Shown: positions 1 to 7,916 of the stretch, piece after piece
Position numbering within the stretch: position 1 is the first letter of the stretch
How the letters are laid out: every line of letters starts with the position of its first letter
Source of the DNA: an uncultured Acidobacteriota bacterium
GTDB lineage: Bacteria; Acidobacteriota; Vicinamibacteria; Vicinamibacterales; CAVVIG01
DNA length: 64,000 bases
Assembly: GCA_963757655.1 (NCBI GenBank)
Contig: CAVWSQ010000005.1
Coordinates: forward strand, 242,366 to 306,365
Direction: 5' to 3'
The notes under the pieces: model-generated
Seen by the model: the letters and a program-made list of their open reading frames with translations, nothing else
Databases searched by the model: none
What the model was told of the DNA's origin: nothing
Program-made: the position numbers and the translations under genes

Positions 1-577
1 GCAACAGTCGATCGAGCGGCATCGCCTCTGCGCCGGAGAACTCGATCTCCCTGCGCGATGTGTAGGCCACGGGCATGCCGAACGCCGACGCGCGCGTCGC
101 GACCGCCCGGCCGATCCGACCGACACCGACCAGGCCGAGCTGCTTGCCCCGCAGCTCGGTTCCGAGCAGGAGGTCGAGCGCCCAGCCTTTCCATTCGCCG
201 CGGCGCACCAGGCGCTCCCCCTCCGACAACCGCCTGGTGATTGCGAGAATCAAGGCCCAGGTGAAGTCGGCGACCGACTCGGTCAGCACGTCCGGGGTGT
301 TGGTGACGACGATGCCCCGCGATTTCGCGTATGGCACGTCGATGTTGTTGTAGCCGACCGCCACGTTGGCGATCGCCTTCAGGCTGGCGGCGGCGGCGAT
401 GACGCTTCGGTCGACCGCGTCGGTCAGGAGGCACACGAGCGCATCTTTGTCGGCCACGCGCGATCGCAGCTCGTCGGACGGAATCGCCGCCTCGCCGATA
501 TACAGATCGACGTCCGCGACCGCGCGCAGCTTGGAGATGACAGAGGACGGAAGTCTACGGGTGACCAGGATCTTCAT
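1..577 (-). CDS. D-isomer-specific 2-hydroxyacid dehydrogenase (glyoxylate/hydroxypyruvate reductase-like); N-terminal part only, C-terminus lies beyond the window start
   Basis: Not in the ORF track because there is no in-window stop. Manual reverse translation from ATG at 575-577 gives MKILVTRRLPSSVISKLRAVADVDLYIGEAAI... and, in the same frame, an NAD-binding motif GKQLGLVGVGRIGRAVA (about 100-150). The frame stays open to position 1. Confidence 0.8.
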   Translation of the reverse strand, partial: MKILVTRRLPSSVISKLRAVADVDLYIGEAAIPSDELRSRVADKDALVCLLTDAVDRSVIAAAASLKAIANVAVGYNNIDVPYAKSRGIVVTNTPDVLTESVADFTWALILAITRRLSEGERLVRRGEWKGWALDLLLGTELRGKQLGLVGVGRIGRAVATRASAFGMPVAYTSRREIEFSGAEAMPLDRLL

Positions 578-632
578 GGACTGGGGGACTACGCCGGCAA
601 GAAGGGCGGGATGAATGGATCGCCCATTCTCG

Positions 633-863
633 CTAGTGTCCGAGCGACTGACAAAATCCGCAGTGGGTGCACCGAACAGCCGGCTCGATGATGCACGCGC
701 CATCGTCCTCAGCGCCTCGGATGACGGGGAGACGCTGATGGCTGACATGCGCGCTGAACGCGAGCGCGGGATCGGGCGCGCGGGTGTGGCGTGGCTGATC
801 CGGCACGCCGGCGTGCCGGGCGATGGAGTCTCGAATCATCGCGCGCAGGGCTTCATCAGTCAT
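633..863 (-). CDS. Small (76 aa) BMC-locus protein: amphipathic N-terminal helix, Pro-rich linker, C-terminal Cys cluster
   Basis: ORF track 633..863. N-terminus is MTDEALRAMIRDSIARHAG. C-terminus is CIIEPAVRCTHCGFCQSLGH (C-x8-C-x2-C-x2-C). It lies 14 nt downstream of the last BMC-P gene on the same strand. Confidence 0.6.
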   Translation of the reverse strand: MTDEALRAMIRDSIARHAGVPDQPRHTRAPDPALAFSAHVSHQRLPVIRGAEDDGACIIEPAVRCTHCGFCQSLGH

Positions 864-877
864 CAGTTCATCACTCG

Positions 878-1147
878 TCAGTCGATGGTGATCGAGTCGA
901 CGATGCCGACGATCGCGGCATCGACCGGCGCGGCCTTCTTGCCGAGCGCCTCGCCCGCCGCCCGCCCTTCGAGCACGACCAACACCTTTTCGTCCACACC
1001 TGCGCCGACCCCGTCCACCGCGAGCAACGCATTGCCGCGCGGCGTCTCGTCGATGTTCAGCGGCTGCACCAGCATCAGCTTGGCGCCCTCGAACTTCCTG
1101 TTCTTCTGGGTGGCCACCACGGTGCCGATGACTCTACAGATCTGCAT
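878..1147 (-). CDS. BMC-P pentameric vertex shell protein (EutN/CcmL family), paralog 1
   Basis: MQICRVIGTVVATQKNRKFEGAKLMLVQPL...VDAAIVGIVDSI shows the typical EutN/CcmL N-terminal and C-terminal signatures. 89 aa. Confidence 0.9.
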   Translation of the reverse strand: MQICRVIGTVVATQKNRKFEGAKLMLVQPLNIDETPRGNALLAVDGVGAGVDEKVLVVLEGRAAGEALGKKAAPVDAAIVGIVDSITID

Positions 1148-1200
1148 GGCAGAAGTTCAGCACGCGAGGATGGCAGCAAGGAACGATTGAATCCTGCCCT

Positions 1201-1467
1201 TTATCCCAGGTCCCAATGATCGACGATGCCGACGATGCCGGCATCGACCGGCGGCTCGGCGGGGTAGAACGGGAAGCTGGCTTCTTTACCGCGAACGAAA
1301 AACACCTCTTCACCGACCCCCGCGCCGACAGAGTCCACCGCGACCAGCGGGCGGCCGCTGGGTTCGTGCTCGGGCGTGAGCGGCTGAACCAGCAGCAGTT
1401 TGATCCCGACGAGAGTTTCGTCCTTGCGCGTCATGACAACGTCGCCGATCACCCGCGCTAGCTGCAT
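1201..1467 (-). CDS. BMC-P pentameric vertex shell protein (EutN/CcmL family), paralog 2
   Basis: MQLARVIGDVVMTRKDETLVGIKLLLVQPL...VDAGIVGIVDHW; 88 aa. ATG verified at 1465-1467. Confidence 0.9.
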   Translation of the reverse strand: MQLARVIGDVVMTRKDETLVGIKLLLVQPLTPEHEPSGRPLVAVDSVGAGVGEEVFFVRGKEASFPFYPAEPPVDAGIVGIVDHWDLG

Positions 1468-1483
1468 GGTGCCACTGGCCTGG

Positions 1484-1753
1484 TCATTCGTTGAGGTCTA
1501 CCGTGTCGATGATGCCGACGACGGCAGCGTCGACCGGGCAGTCCTTGAGGCCGGACGCCATCCGCGCCGAGCTGCCGCTGACAACCAGCACGGTCTCTCC
1601 GACGCCAGCGTCGACGGTGTCGATTGCCACCAGATAGCTGCCTTCGGCCTTGCCGCGAGGATCGATCGGGCGGACCACCAGCAACTTGCTGCTGACGAGG
1701 CGCGGATCCTTGCGCGTGGCGACCACTGTCCCCACGATCTTCGCGAGCAGCAT
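1484..1753 (-). CDS. BMC-P pentameric vertex shell protein (EutN/CcmL family), paralog 3
   Basis: MLLAKIVGTVVATRKDPRLVSSKLLVVRPI...VDAAVVGIIDTV; 89 aa. Confidence 0.9.
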   Translation of the reverse strand: MLLAKIVGTVVATRKDPRLVSSKLLVVRPIDPRGKAEGSYLVAIDTVDAGVGETVLVVSGSSARMASGLKDCPVDAAVVGIIDTVDLNE

Positions 1754-1759
1754 CCGGCG

Positions 1760-2053
1760 CTACGCCTTTGCCGTCGTGGCTCGTCCGATCGGGAGCGCGT
1801 CTTCGAGGTTGGCGTGCGGCCGCGGAATGACGTGCACCGAGACCAACTCTCCGACGCGACGCGCCGCTGCGGCGCCGGCATCGGTGGCCGCCTTGACGGC
1901 CGCCACGTCGCCGCGCACGATGGCGGTGACGTAACCGGCGCCGATTTTTTCCCAGCCGACCAGGGTCACCTTCGCCGCCTTGACCATCGCGTCGGCCGCT
2001 TCGATCATCGCGACCAGACCCTTGGTTTCGATCATGCCTAACGCTTCACCCAT
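1760..2053 (-). CDS. BMC-H hexameric shell protein (PduA/EutM-type BMC domain)
   Basis: [60 protein letters not shown]... I trimmed the 117-aa ORF to the ATG at 2051-2053 because GAGGAG sits 6 nt upstream. The longer N-terminus is encoded by a heptamer-repeat spacer. Confidence 0.9.
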   Translation of the reverse strand: MGEALGMIETKGLVAMIEAADAMVKAAKVTLVGWEKIGAGYVTAIVRGDVAAVKAATDAGAAAARRVGELVSVHVIPRPHANLEDALPIGRATTAKA

Positions 2054-2065
2054 TACTGACTCCTC

Positions 2066-2107
2066 GTCATGGCTGATGGCTGATGGCTGATGGTCATGGT
2101 CGATGGC
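2066..2107. repeat. Tandem heptamer array (GGCTGAT-type, about 6 units) in the aldolase|BMC-H spacer
   Basis: GTCATGG CTGATGG CTGATGG CTGATGG TCATGGT CGATGGC, read directly. Confidence 0.8.
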
Positions 2108-2142
2108 GGCCATCTTCCATCGCCCTGAGCGATGAGCCCTGT

Positions 2143-3051
2143 CTAGCGCAAGCTCCGTATGGCGTCTTCGATGAGCGCCGAAAGCTCACGGTATGTTAGC
2201 CGAATTTCTCGTTCGCCATCCGCCCTCGACGCAGGCCCCGGCGAGACCTCGCCGTGGCTCGCTGAGCCGTCTCGCGCGAGCTGAGGCGGGTTGGTCTCAG
2301 CCACCTGGTTCACCAACTCTGGAATCAGACGGCGGCCGTCGCCGCTGGGCGCCCGGACAACCTGACACGACTCGTCCTGGCCGGTGTCGGCACAAATCGG
2401 CGCCGGCGCCTTGATGCCGTAGGTGCCACGCAGATCCTGCAGTCGGGTGACTTCCTCGCGCGACAGCAGGTTCTCGCGACCAAGCAGCCGCGCGACGAGA
2501 CTGATCTTCGCGAAATGCTCGATCGTCTCCATCTTGTAGTACGCCGCGAACAGGTCGGTTCCAACGGTGAGCGCACCGTGGTTTGCCAGCAGCATGCCGT
2601 CGTGCGCCCTGATGTACTGCCGCACCGCTTCGGGCAGCTCCTTGGTGGACGGCGTCGCGTATTCAGCGATCGGAATGCTGCCGAGCGTCGTCAGCACCTC
2701 CGCGAGCACGGCGCGGTCGAGCGGAATGCCGGCGACCGCGAATCCCGTCGCCGTCGGTGGATGCGCGTGCACCACGGCGTGAACGTCCGGGCGCTGGCGG
2801 TAGACCTCGAGGTGCATCAGCGTCTCGGACGAGGGATCGCGATCCCCCTGCAGCTTGCGTCCCTCGAGGTCGGTGATGCACATCATGTCGGGCGTCATGA
2901 ACCCCTTGCAGACGCTTTTCGGGGTCATGAGCAGGCGGCCGGCGTCGATCCTGACGCTGATGTTGCCGTCGTTGGAAGCGGTGTAGCCGCGCGCGTACAT
3001 CCGACGGCCCACTTCGACGATGTCGGCGCGGAGCGAGGACTCGGTGCTCAA
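2143..3051 (-). CDS. Class II aldolase/adducin-family enzyme (fuculose/rhamnulose-phosphate aldolase-like) with an approx 85-aa C-terminal extension
   Basis: Core motifs GNISVR and HAVVHAHPP. The C-terminal tail ends ...[22 protein letters not shown] (amphipathic). The start is TTG at 3049-3051, overlapping the TGA of the upstream gene (TTGA). Confidence 0.85.
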   Translation of the reverse strand: MSTESSLRADIVEVGRRMYARGYTASNDGNISVRIDAGRLLMTPKSVCKGFMTPDMMCITDLEGRKLQGDRDPSSETLMHLEVYRQRPDVHAVVHAHPPTATGFAVAGIPLDRAVLAEVLTTLGSIPIAEYATPSTKELPEAVRQYIRAHDGMLLANHGALTVGTDLFAAYYKMETIEHFAKISLVARLLGRENLLSREEVTRLQDLRGTYGIKAPAPICADTGQDESCQVVRAPSGDGRRLIPELVNQVAETNPPQLARDGSASHGEVSPGPASRADGEREIRLTYRELSALIEDAIRSLR

Positions 3052-3317
3052 GCGGTCCGCGCCTGATACTTGGCGCGGCAGGCGTCGGAACAGAAGAACA
3101 GCCGCGCGCGGCCGTCGACCAGCGTCAACGCGTGGTCGGGGAGGATGAAGGTGCCACAGACGGGATCGCGCACCATCTGAACGCCGCGGGTCGGCACCTG
3201 GCCGCGGCGGCGCGGCGGACGGCCGCCGATGCCCTCGACGATGCCGTCAACGAGACGCCAGAAGGCGCGCGCGACGATGACGGCGAAGATCACGAACAGG
3301 ACGAGGCGCAGCAGCAT
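3048..3317 (-). CDS. Small membrane-anchored TRASH/YHS-type metal-binding domain protein
   Basis: N-terminal TM segment LLRLVLFVIFAVIVARAFW. C-terminal CGTF...(21 aa)...CSDAC gives C-x21-C-x3-C. ATGA overlap with the upstream TPR gene and TTGA overlap with the aldolase. Confidence 0.7.
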   Translation of the reverse strand: MLLRLVLFVIFAVIVARAFWRLVDGIVEGIGGRPPRRRGQVPTRGVQMVRDPVCGTFILPDHALTLVDGRARLFFCSDACRAKYQARTA

Positions 3318-3928
3318 CAGACACCAGGCTTACGCGCCGCGCCGGCGTGCGCGGACTGGAGACCGTCGAGCGCTCGCCTGGCGGCCTGACCTTCAGGGCT
3401 GTCGGGCGCGATGGCCAGCACCTGCTTCCACGCCGCCTCGGCGCCGTCGAGATCCTGCTTGCCGAACGCCTTGACGATGCCGACATTCAACAGCGTCTTG
3501 GCATGCTTGGGATCCAGCTTCAACGAGCGATCGAACTGCGCCAGCGCCTTGTCTGGTTGATTCGAGTAGTAGTAGGAAACCCCGAGGTCGGTACTGACGT
3601 TGACGTCGTTTGGCGCGAGCTTCAACGCGTCGCCGTACCACTTGATGGCATCGTCGTAGCGCTCGGCGTCGAAATAGAGATTCCCGAGCTCGACCCGCGG
3701 CGTCGCGTTGGAGGATTCCCGCTCGGCCACCGTCTTGAGCGCGTTGACCTGGGTCTGGTCGAGAACCGCGGCGCGCGACGTGGCGCCGGCGGTCGCTGTC
3801 GACGCCTGTGGCGCCGCCGGCTGCGCCGCCGGCGGCCTGGCGGTGGCCTGCTGCGAGCCGATGATCCAGCCGGCGATCAGGCCGAACAGGATCCCGGCGA
3901 TTCCAAAGGCGACGGCGTCGGATTTCAT
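3317..3928 (-). CDS. Membrane-anchored TPR repeat protein
   Basis: I trimmed the 326-aa ORF to the ATG at 3926-3928 (MKSDAVAFGIAGILFGLIAGWIIG...). The upstream part overlaps pdxJ in another frame. There is one TM segment, an Ala/Pro linker, then TPR-like repeats (LGNLYFDAERYDDAIKWYGDALKLAP...). Confidence 0.75.
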   Translation of the reverse strand: MKSDAVAFGIAGILFGLIAGWIIGSQQATARPPAAQPAAPQASTATAGATSRAAVLDQTQVNALKTVAERESSNATPRVELGNLYFDAERYDDAIKWYGDALKLAPNDVNVSTDLGVSYYYSNQPDKALAQFDRSLKLDPKHAKTLLNVGIVKAFGKQDLDGAEAAWKQVLAIAPDSPEGQAARRALDGLQSAHAGAARKPGV

Positions 3929-3947
3929 GGCGTCGAGATATCGCTGA

Positions 3948-4712
3948 TCATAGCGCACCGACGCTGCGGCCGCTGAGCAGCTGCAGATACTCGCCGACCA
4001 CCGTCGCCAGCCCGACATGGAGCGCGCGCGAGATGATGGCGTGGCCGATCGAGACCTCGTCGAGATACGGCAAATCGCGAAACAGCGTGAGGTTCGACAG
4101 GTCCAGGTCGTGCCCGGCGTTGACGCCGAGGCCGAGAGCGTGCGCGAGCTCTGCCGCCTGCGCGTACAACGCATAGGAGCGCACGCCCTCATCCGGGCTG
4201 CGCTCGAACGCCCGCGCGAACGGCTCGGTATACAGCTCGACGCGATCGGCGCCGGTCGAAGCCGCCCAATTGATCGGATCGGGCGACGGGTCGACAAACA
4301 GGCTGACGCGTATTCCCGCCGCGTGCAGACGCTTGACGATGTCAGGCAACGATTCGGCCTCGCGCCCGGGCTGCCATCCCGCCTGGCTCGTCACCTCACC
4401 CGGCACAACCGGCACCAGCGTGCACTGATCGGGCGCCACCTCCTCGACCAGATCCAGCAGTTCGGGGCGCGGATCGCCTTCGATGTTGTATTCGATGCGC
4501 GTCGGCCGGCCGCGCAGCGCCTGCGCGATCGCGCGGACATCGTCAGGCGTGATGTGGCGTCGATCGGCGCGCGGATGCACGGTGATCCCGGGGGCGCCAG
4601 CCCCGAGGCACACCTCGACCGCCTCGAGGACGCTCGGCTCGCGTCCGCCACGCGAGTTGCGCAGGGTCGCGACTTTGTTCACGTTCACGGAAAGGCGGGT
4701 CGTGCGGGTCAT
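3948..4712 (-). CDS. pdxJ: Pyridoxine 5'-phosphate synthase
   Basis: LSVNVNKVATLRNSRGG...GITVHPRADRRHI...; 254 aa, typical PdxJ. Confidence 0.9.
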   Translation of the reverse strand: MTRTTRLSVNVNKVATLRNSRGGREPSVLEAVEVCLGAGAPGITVHPRADRRHITPDDVRAIAQALRGRPTRIEYNIEGDPRPELLDLVEEVAPDQCTLVPVVPGEVTSQAGWQPGREAESLPDIVKRLHAAGIRVSLFVDPSPDPINWAASTGADRVELYTEPFARAFERSPDEGVRSYALYAQAAELAHALGLGVNAGHDLDLSNLTLFRDLPYLDEVSIGHAIISRALHVGLATVVGEYLQLLSGRSVGAL

Positions 4713-4736
4713 GGACGTTTGGCGTGAGCCCTGACC

Positions 4737-4764
4737 GACGAACCGCGAACGACGAAAGACGAAC
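4737..4764. repeat. Tandem heptamer array (GACGAAC CGCGAAC GACGAAA GACGAAC) in the glmM|pdxJ spacer
   Basis: Read directly; four contiguous 7-nt units. Confidence 0.8.
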
Positions 4765-4769
4765 GTCGC

Positions 4770-6113
4770 CTATCCAAGATGCTCTTTGACGACATCGACG
4801 ATTTCCTGCGCCCAGCCGCGAATCTGGTCCTGGTGCTGGCCCTCGAGCATGACGCGGAGCAGCGGCTCCGTCCCGGAGTAGCGGATCAGCAGCCGGCCCT
4901 GGCCGGCGACGCGCGCTTCGACGCGGGCGATGGCGTCGGCGACCGCCGGCACGCCCTGCAGATCCACCTTCTCTCGCACCCTGACGTTGAGCAGCACCTG
5001 CGGATATGTCGTCAGGTCGGCGGCCAGGTCGGCGAGCGTGCGGCCGGCCAGCGCCATCGTCCGCAGCACGTTCAGCGCGGTGCACAAGCCGTCGCCGGTG
5101 AAAAGGTAGTCGGAGAAGATGATGTGTCCCGACTGCTCGCCGCCAAGCGACAGGCTTCGTTTCTGCATTTCCTCCATCACGTACTTGTCCCCTACCGAAG
5201 TGCGCACCAGGTCGATGCCGAGCGGCTTCAAGGCGAGCTCGAGGCCGATGTTGCTCATGACGGTGGCGACAATCGCGTCGCCGTGCAGCCGGCCTTCCCG
5301 CTGCAGCTGCCGCCCGCACATCAGCAACACCGCGTCGCCATCGACGACCTGACCGCGATGATCGACGAAAATCGCGCGGTCACCGTCGCCGTCGAACGCG
5401 ACCCCCATGGCGCAGCCACGCGCCACCACGGTCTGGGCCAGTTGCTCGGGGTGGGTCGACCCGCAGCGCAGGTTGATGTTGCGACCGTCCGGACGGTTGC
5501 CGATGACGATCGTTTCGAAGCCGAGACTGTTGAACAGCTCGGGCGCTACTGTGGTGGTGGCACCGTTGGCGCAGTCGAGAACGATGGGAAAATGCGTGAT
5601 CCTGGACGCCTCGGGAAACACCGCGCGCAGGTGATCGAGATAGGCGTCGACGAGATCGGCGCGCGGGACGGCTCCGGCCACGCCGCCATGGGCGCTCCAC
5701 GAACCATCGGTCACGATCGCCTCGACCTCGCGCTCGATGGCTTCGGTGAACTTCTCACCTTTCCCCGAGAACACCTTGATGCCGTTGTCCTCGTACGGAT
5801 TGTGCGAAGCCGAAATGACCACGCCGGCATCGTAGGTTCCGGTGCGGGTCAGGAACGCGACCGCCGGCGTCGGCACGACACCAGCGCTGGTGACCGAGGC
5901 TCCCTCGCCACAGGCGCCGTGCGCGAGCTCCGCCTCGATCCAGGTGCCGGATTCACGGGTATCGCGGCCAATCAGGAACTGTGGCGACGCCATGCCGTGA
6001 GGGAGGGCGCGCACCAGGGCCGCTCCGAGCCGCCGCACCGTCGGCGCGTCGAGTGGAGGGCTGCCCGCGGTGCCGCGAACGCCGTCGGTGCCGAACAATC
6101 TAGCGTTTGCCAC
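4770..6113 (-). CDS. glmM: Phosphoglucosamine mutase
   Basis: FGTDGVRG N-terminus and active-site SASHNPYEDNGIK; 447 aa. GTG start at 6111-6113. Confidence 0.95.
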   Translation of the reverse strand: MANARLFGTDGVRGTAGSPPLDAPTVRRLGAALVRALPHGMASPQFLIGRDTRESGTWIEAELAHGACGEGASVTSAGVVPTPAVAFLTRTGTYDAGVVISASHNPYEDNGIKVFSGKGEKFTEAIEREVEAIVTDGSWSAHGGVAGAVPRADLVDAYLDHLRAVFPEASRITHFPIVLDCANGATTTVAPELFNSLGFETIVIGNRPDGRNINLRCGSTHPEQLAQTVVARGCAMGVAFDGDGDRAIFVDHRGQVVDGDAVLLMCGRQLQREGRLHGDAIVATVMSNIGLELALKPLGIDLVRTSVGDKYVMEEMQKRSLSLGGEQSGHIIFSDYLFTGDGLCTALNVLRTMALAGRTLADLAADLTTYPQVLLNVRVREKVDLQGVPAVADAIARVEARVAGQGRLLIRYSGTEPLLRVMLEGQHQDQIRGWAQEIVDVVKEHLG

Positions 6114-7041
6114 TGGTAATCCGTACCTGGACCGAGTCCGGCGTCACGTGCGTCACACCCGCGTCGCGCGAGGAGTCGGCGTGAACCGTCAGCGAGTACT
6201 GGCCGGGACCAAGCCCGACGAGGTCGACGAAGGCGGTGAGATCGTCCACCGCCACGCGACCGAGCGAGTCGCGATTTCCTCGCAGCGTGAGCTCCACCAC
6301 CGAGGGCACCGCTTCCGCCTGCAGGTGGGTGCCGAGGTTGCGCAAATGGACCGGCGCGTTCTGCAGCGTCCGTTCGAGCGGCGCCTCGAGGATCTGGACC
6401 GTGACCATCGCCGAGCGCGCGGCTTTCAGGCGCAGCGCCGGATCGAGCAGCCCGAGGATGGTCGACTGCTTGACCGTCGCGCGGGCGCCCGCCACTGAGA
6501 TCGGCTCGGTGACCACTTCGGTGGCGCGCTTGACCGCGCTCTCGGGCCCGATCACCTCCGCGATCCGGGGCTCGGACGACAACGAGCCCACCACGAACCC
6601 CGGCGCGGGCAGGCCATCCACCGCAGGGACGATCGGCACCTCGCGGGACGCCGACGGCTCGAAACCCATCGTCACGGCCGACGGCAGCACCTGCACGATT
6701 TCAACGCCGAAAGGCACCCGCACCTGCTCGGGGGTCAGCGGGAACAGGCGGCGTCCGGTCTGCGCGGTGTGCAGGTCGAGCACCGCGACCACGTCACCCG
6801 TCCCGACGCGGCTCAGCGTGCCCGACGCACCACGGACGCGGACGTCGACGGTTGCCGGCACGTCGCCCAGCAGCTCCAGTCCGGCCGGCACCTGCGTCAG
6901 CTCGAGCGGCACGCGCAGGCCTCGTTCAACGGTCTCCTCGCCCGATACCACCATCCACAGGAGGAGCGCCAGCCCCAGCGATAGCAGCTTCAGCCAGATG
7001 TTGCCGAACACCCAGTGGCCGACCCGCCTCGAGATCGTCAC
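6100..7041 (-). CDS. cdaR: YbbR-domain protein (CdaR-like regulator of diadenylate cyclase)
   Basis: I trimmed the 567-aa ORF. GTG at 7039-7041 overlaps the cdaA stop (GTGA). One TM segment (IWLKLLSLGLALLLWMVV) is followed by repeated YbbR-like beta-rich modules. It sits between cdaA and glmM. Confidence 0.7.
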   Translation of the reverse strand: MTISRRVGHWVFGNIWLKLLSLGLALLLWMVVSGEETVERGLRVPLELTQVPAGLELLGDVPATVDVRVRGASGTLSRVGTGDVVAVLDLHTAQTGRRLFPLTPEQVRVPFGVEIVQVLPSAVTMGFEPSASREVPIVPAVDGLPAPGFVVGSLSSEPRIAEVIGPESAVKRATEVVTEPISVAGARATVKQSTILGLLDPALRLKAARSAMVTVQILEAPLERTLQNAPVHLRNLGTHLQAEAVPSVVELTLRGNRDSLGRVAVDDLTAFVDLVGLGPGQYSLTVHADSSRDAGVTHVTPDSVQVRITSGKR

Positions 7042-7847
7042 GTGTACTGGACCTCCCGCTTCGGCGGAGTGTCGGAACGCTGCAGCACGAGCGATCGCAG
7101 CCGCGCGCGCACCTGATCGCTGTCCAGGCCACGCTCGATCTGCCCGTCCACGACGATGGACAGGCTGCCGGTCTCCTCGGAGACGACGATGGCGACCGAG
7201 TCGTTTTCTTCGGTCAGGCCAATCGCCGCACGGTGACGGGAGCCGAGCCCCTTGCTCAGCCTCGGGTTCACTGTCAGCGGCAGGAAGCAGGCGGCGGCGG
7301 CAACACGATCTTCCTGCACGATGACCGCGCCATCGTGCAGCGGTGAAGACGGCAGAAAGATGCTCTGGAGCAGATCGTAGGTGAGGATGGCATCGAGACG
7401 GATGCCGCCCTCGATGTAGTTGCGCAGGCCGATCTGGCGTTCGACGGCGATGATCGCCCCGATCCGCTGCGTCGACAGCAGGCTCGAAGCCACCACCAGC
7501 TCCTCGATCGAATCCTCGACCGAAGGCGCGTTGGCCAGGTAGCGGAAAAATGGCGCGCGTCCGAAGTGCGCGAGCGCGCGCCGGATGTCGGACTGAAACA
7601 GCACGATGAAGGCAAACACGAGGTAGCCGATCATGTTCCGGACCAGCCAGTTCACCGTCTCGAGATGAAGCCATCGCGATCCGTAGAACAGGCCGACCAT
7701 CACGCAGGCGCCGAGCGCCATCTGCACCGCGCGCGTGCCGCGAATCAACTTGAGAAGCTCGTACATCAGCACCGACACCACGAGGATGTCGGCCAGATCC
7801 CACCAGCCGATGGGAGGACGGCGCAGTAATGAAGTAAACCAGATCAT
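7038..7847 (-). CDS. cdaA: Diadenylate cyclase (c-di-AMP synthase), membrane-anchored CdaA type
   Basis: Three N-terminal TM segments plus a DAC domain (DGAVIV..., RHRAAIGLTEENDSVAIVVSEETG). 269 aa. Confidence 0.9.
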   Translation of the reverse strand: MIWFTSLLRRPPIGWWDLADILVVSVLMYELLKLIRGTRAVQMALGACVMVGLFYGSRWLHLETVNWLVRNMIGYLVFAFIVLFQSDIRRALAHFGRAPFFRYLANAPSVEDSIEELVVASSLLSTQRIGAIIAVERQIGLRNYIEGGIRLDAILTYDLLQSIFLPSSPLHDGAVIVQEDRVAAAACFLPLTVNPRLSKGLGSRHRAAIGLTEENDSVAIVVSEETGSLSIVVDGQIERGLDSDQVRARLRSLVLQRSDTPPKREVQYT

Positions 7848-7850
7848 GAA

Positions 7851-7916
7851 CAGGGCTCAGGGCTAGGCGCTCAGGGCGGGCTCTCGGAAGCTCTCAGCCC
7901 TCAGCCTTCAGCCCTG
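7851..7916. repeat. Two inverted heptamer arrays in the folP|cdaA spacer: (CAGGGCT-type x4) and (CTCAGCC-type x3), forming an imperfect long hairpin
   Basis: CAGGGCT CAGGGCT AGGCGCT CAGGGCG at 7851-7878 and CTCAGCC CTCAGCC TTCAGCC at 7893-7913. The terminal units are exact complements. The right arm overlaps the last codons and stop of folP. Confidence 0.8.

Noticed and set aside
2066-2107. Tandem repeats considered as a possible CRISPR array or minisatellite-encoded peptide
   Set aside because: The units are only 7-8 nt with no spacers, so this is not CRISPR. Period 7 is out of frame, so the apparent peptide repeats (for example HQPSAISH) are translation artefacts.
3929-4297. N-terminal extensions of several ORF-track entries (3317..4297, 6100..7803, 7901..9241, 20603..21898, 32364..33470, 23318..24097, 24512..25360)
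   Set aside because: In each case the extension overlaps the well-supported upstream gene in another frame, or is encoded by spacer repeats. A start codon with better context exists right after the upstream stop.
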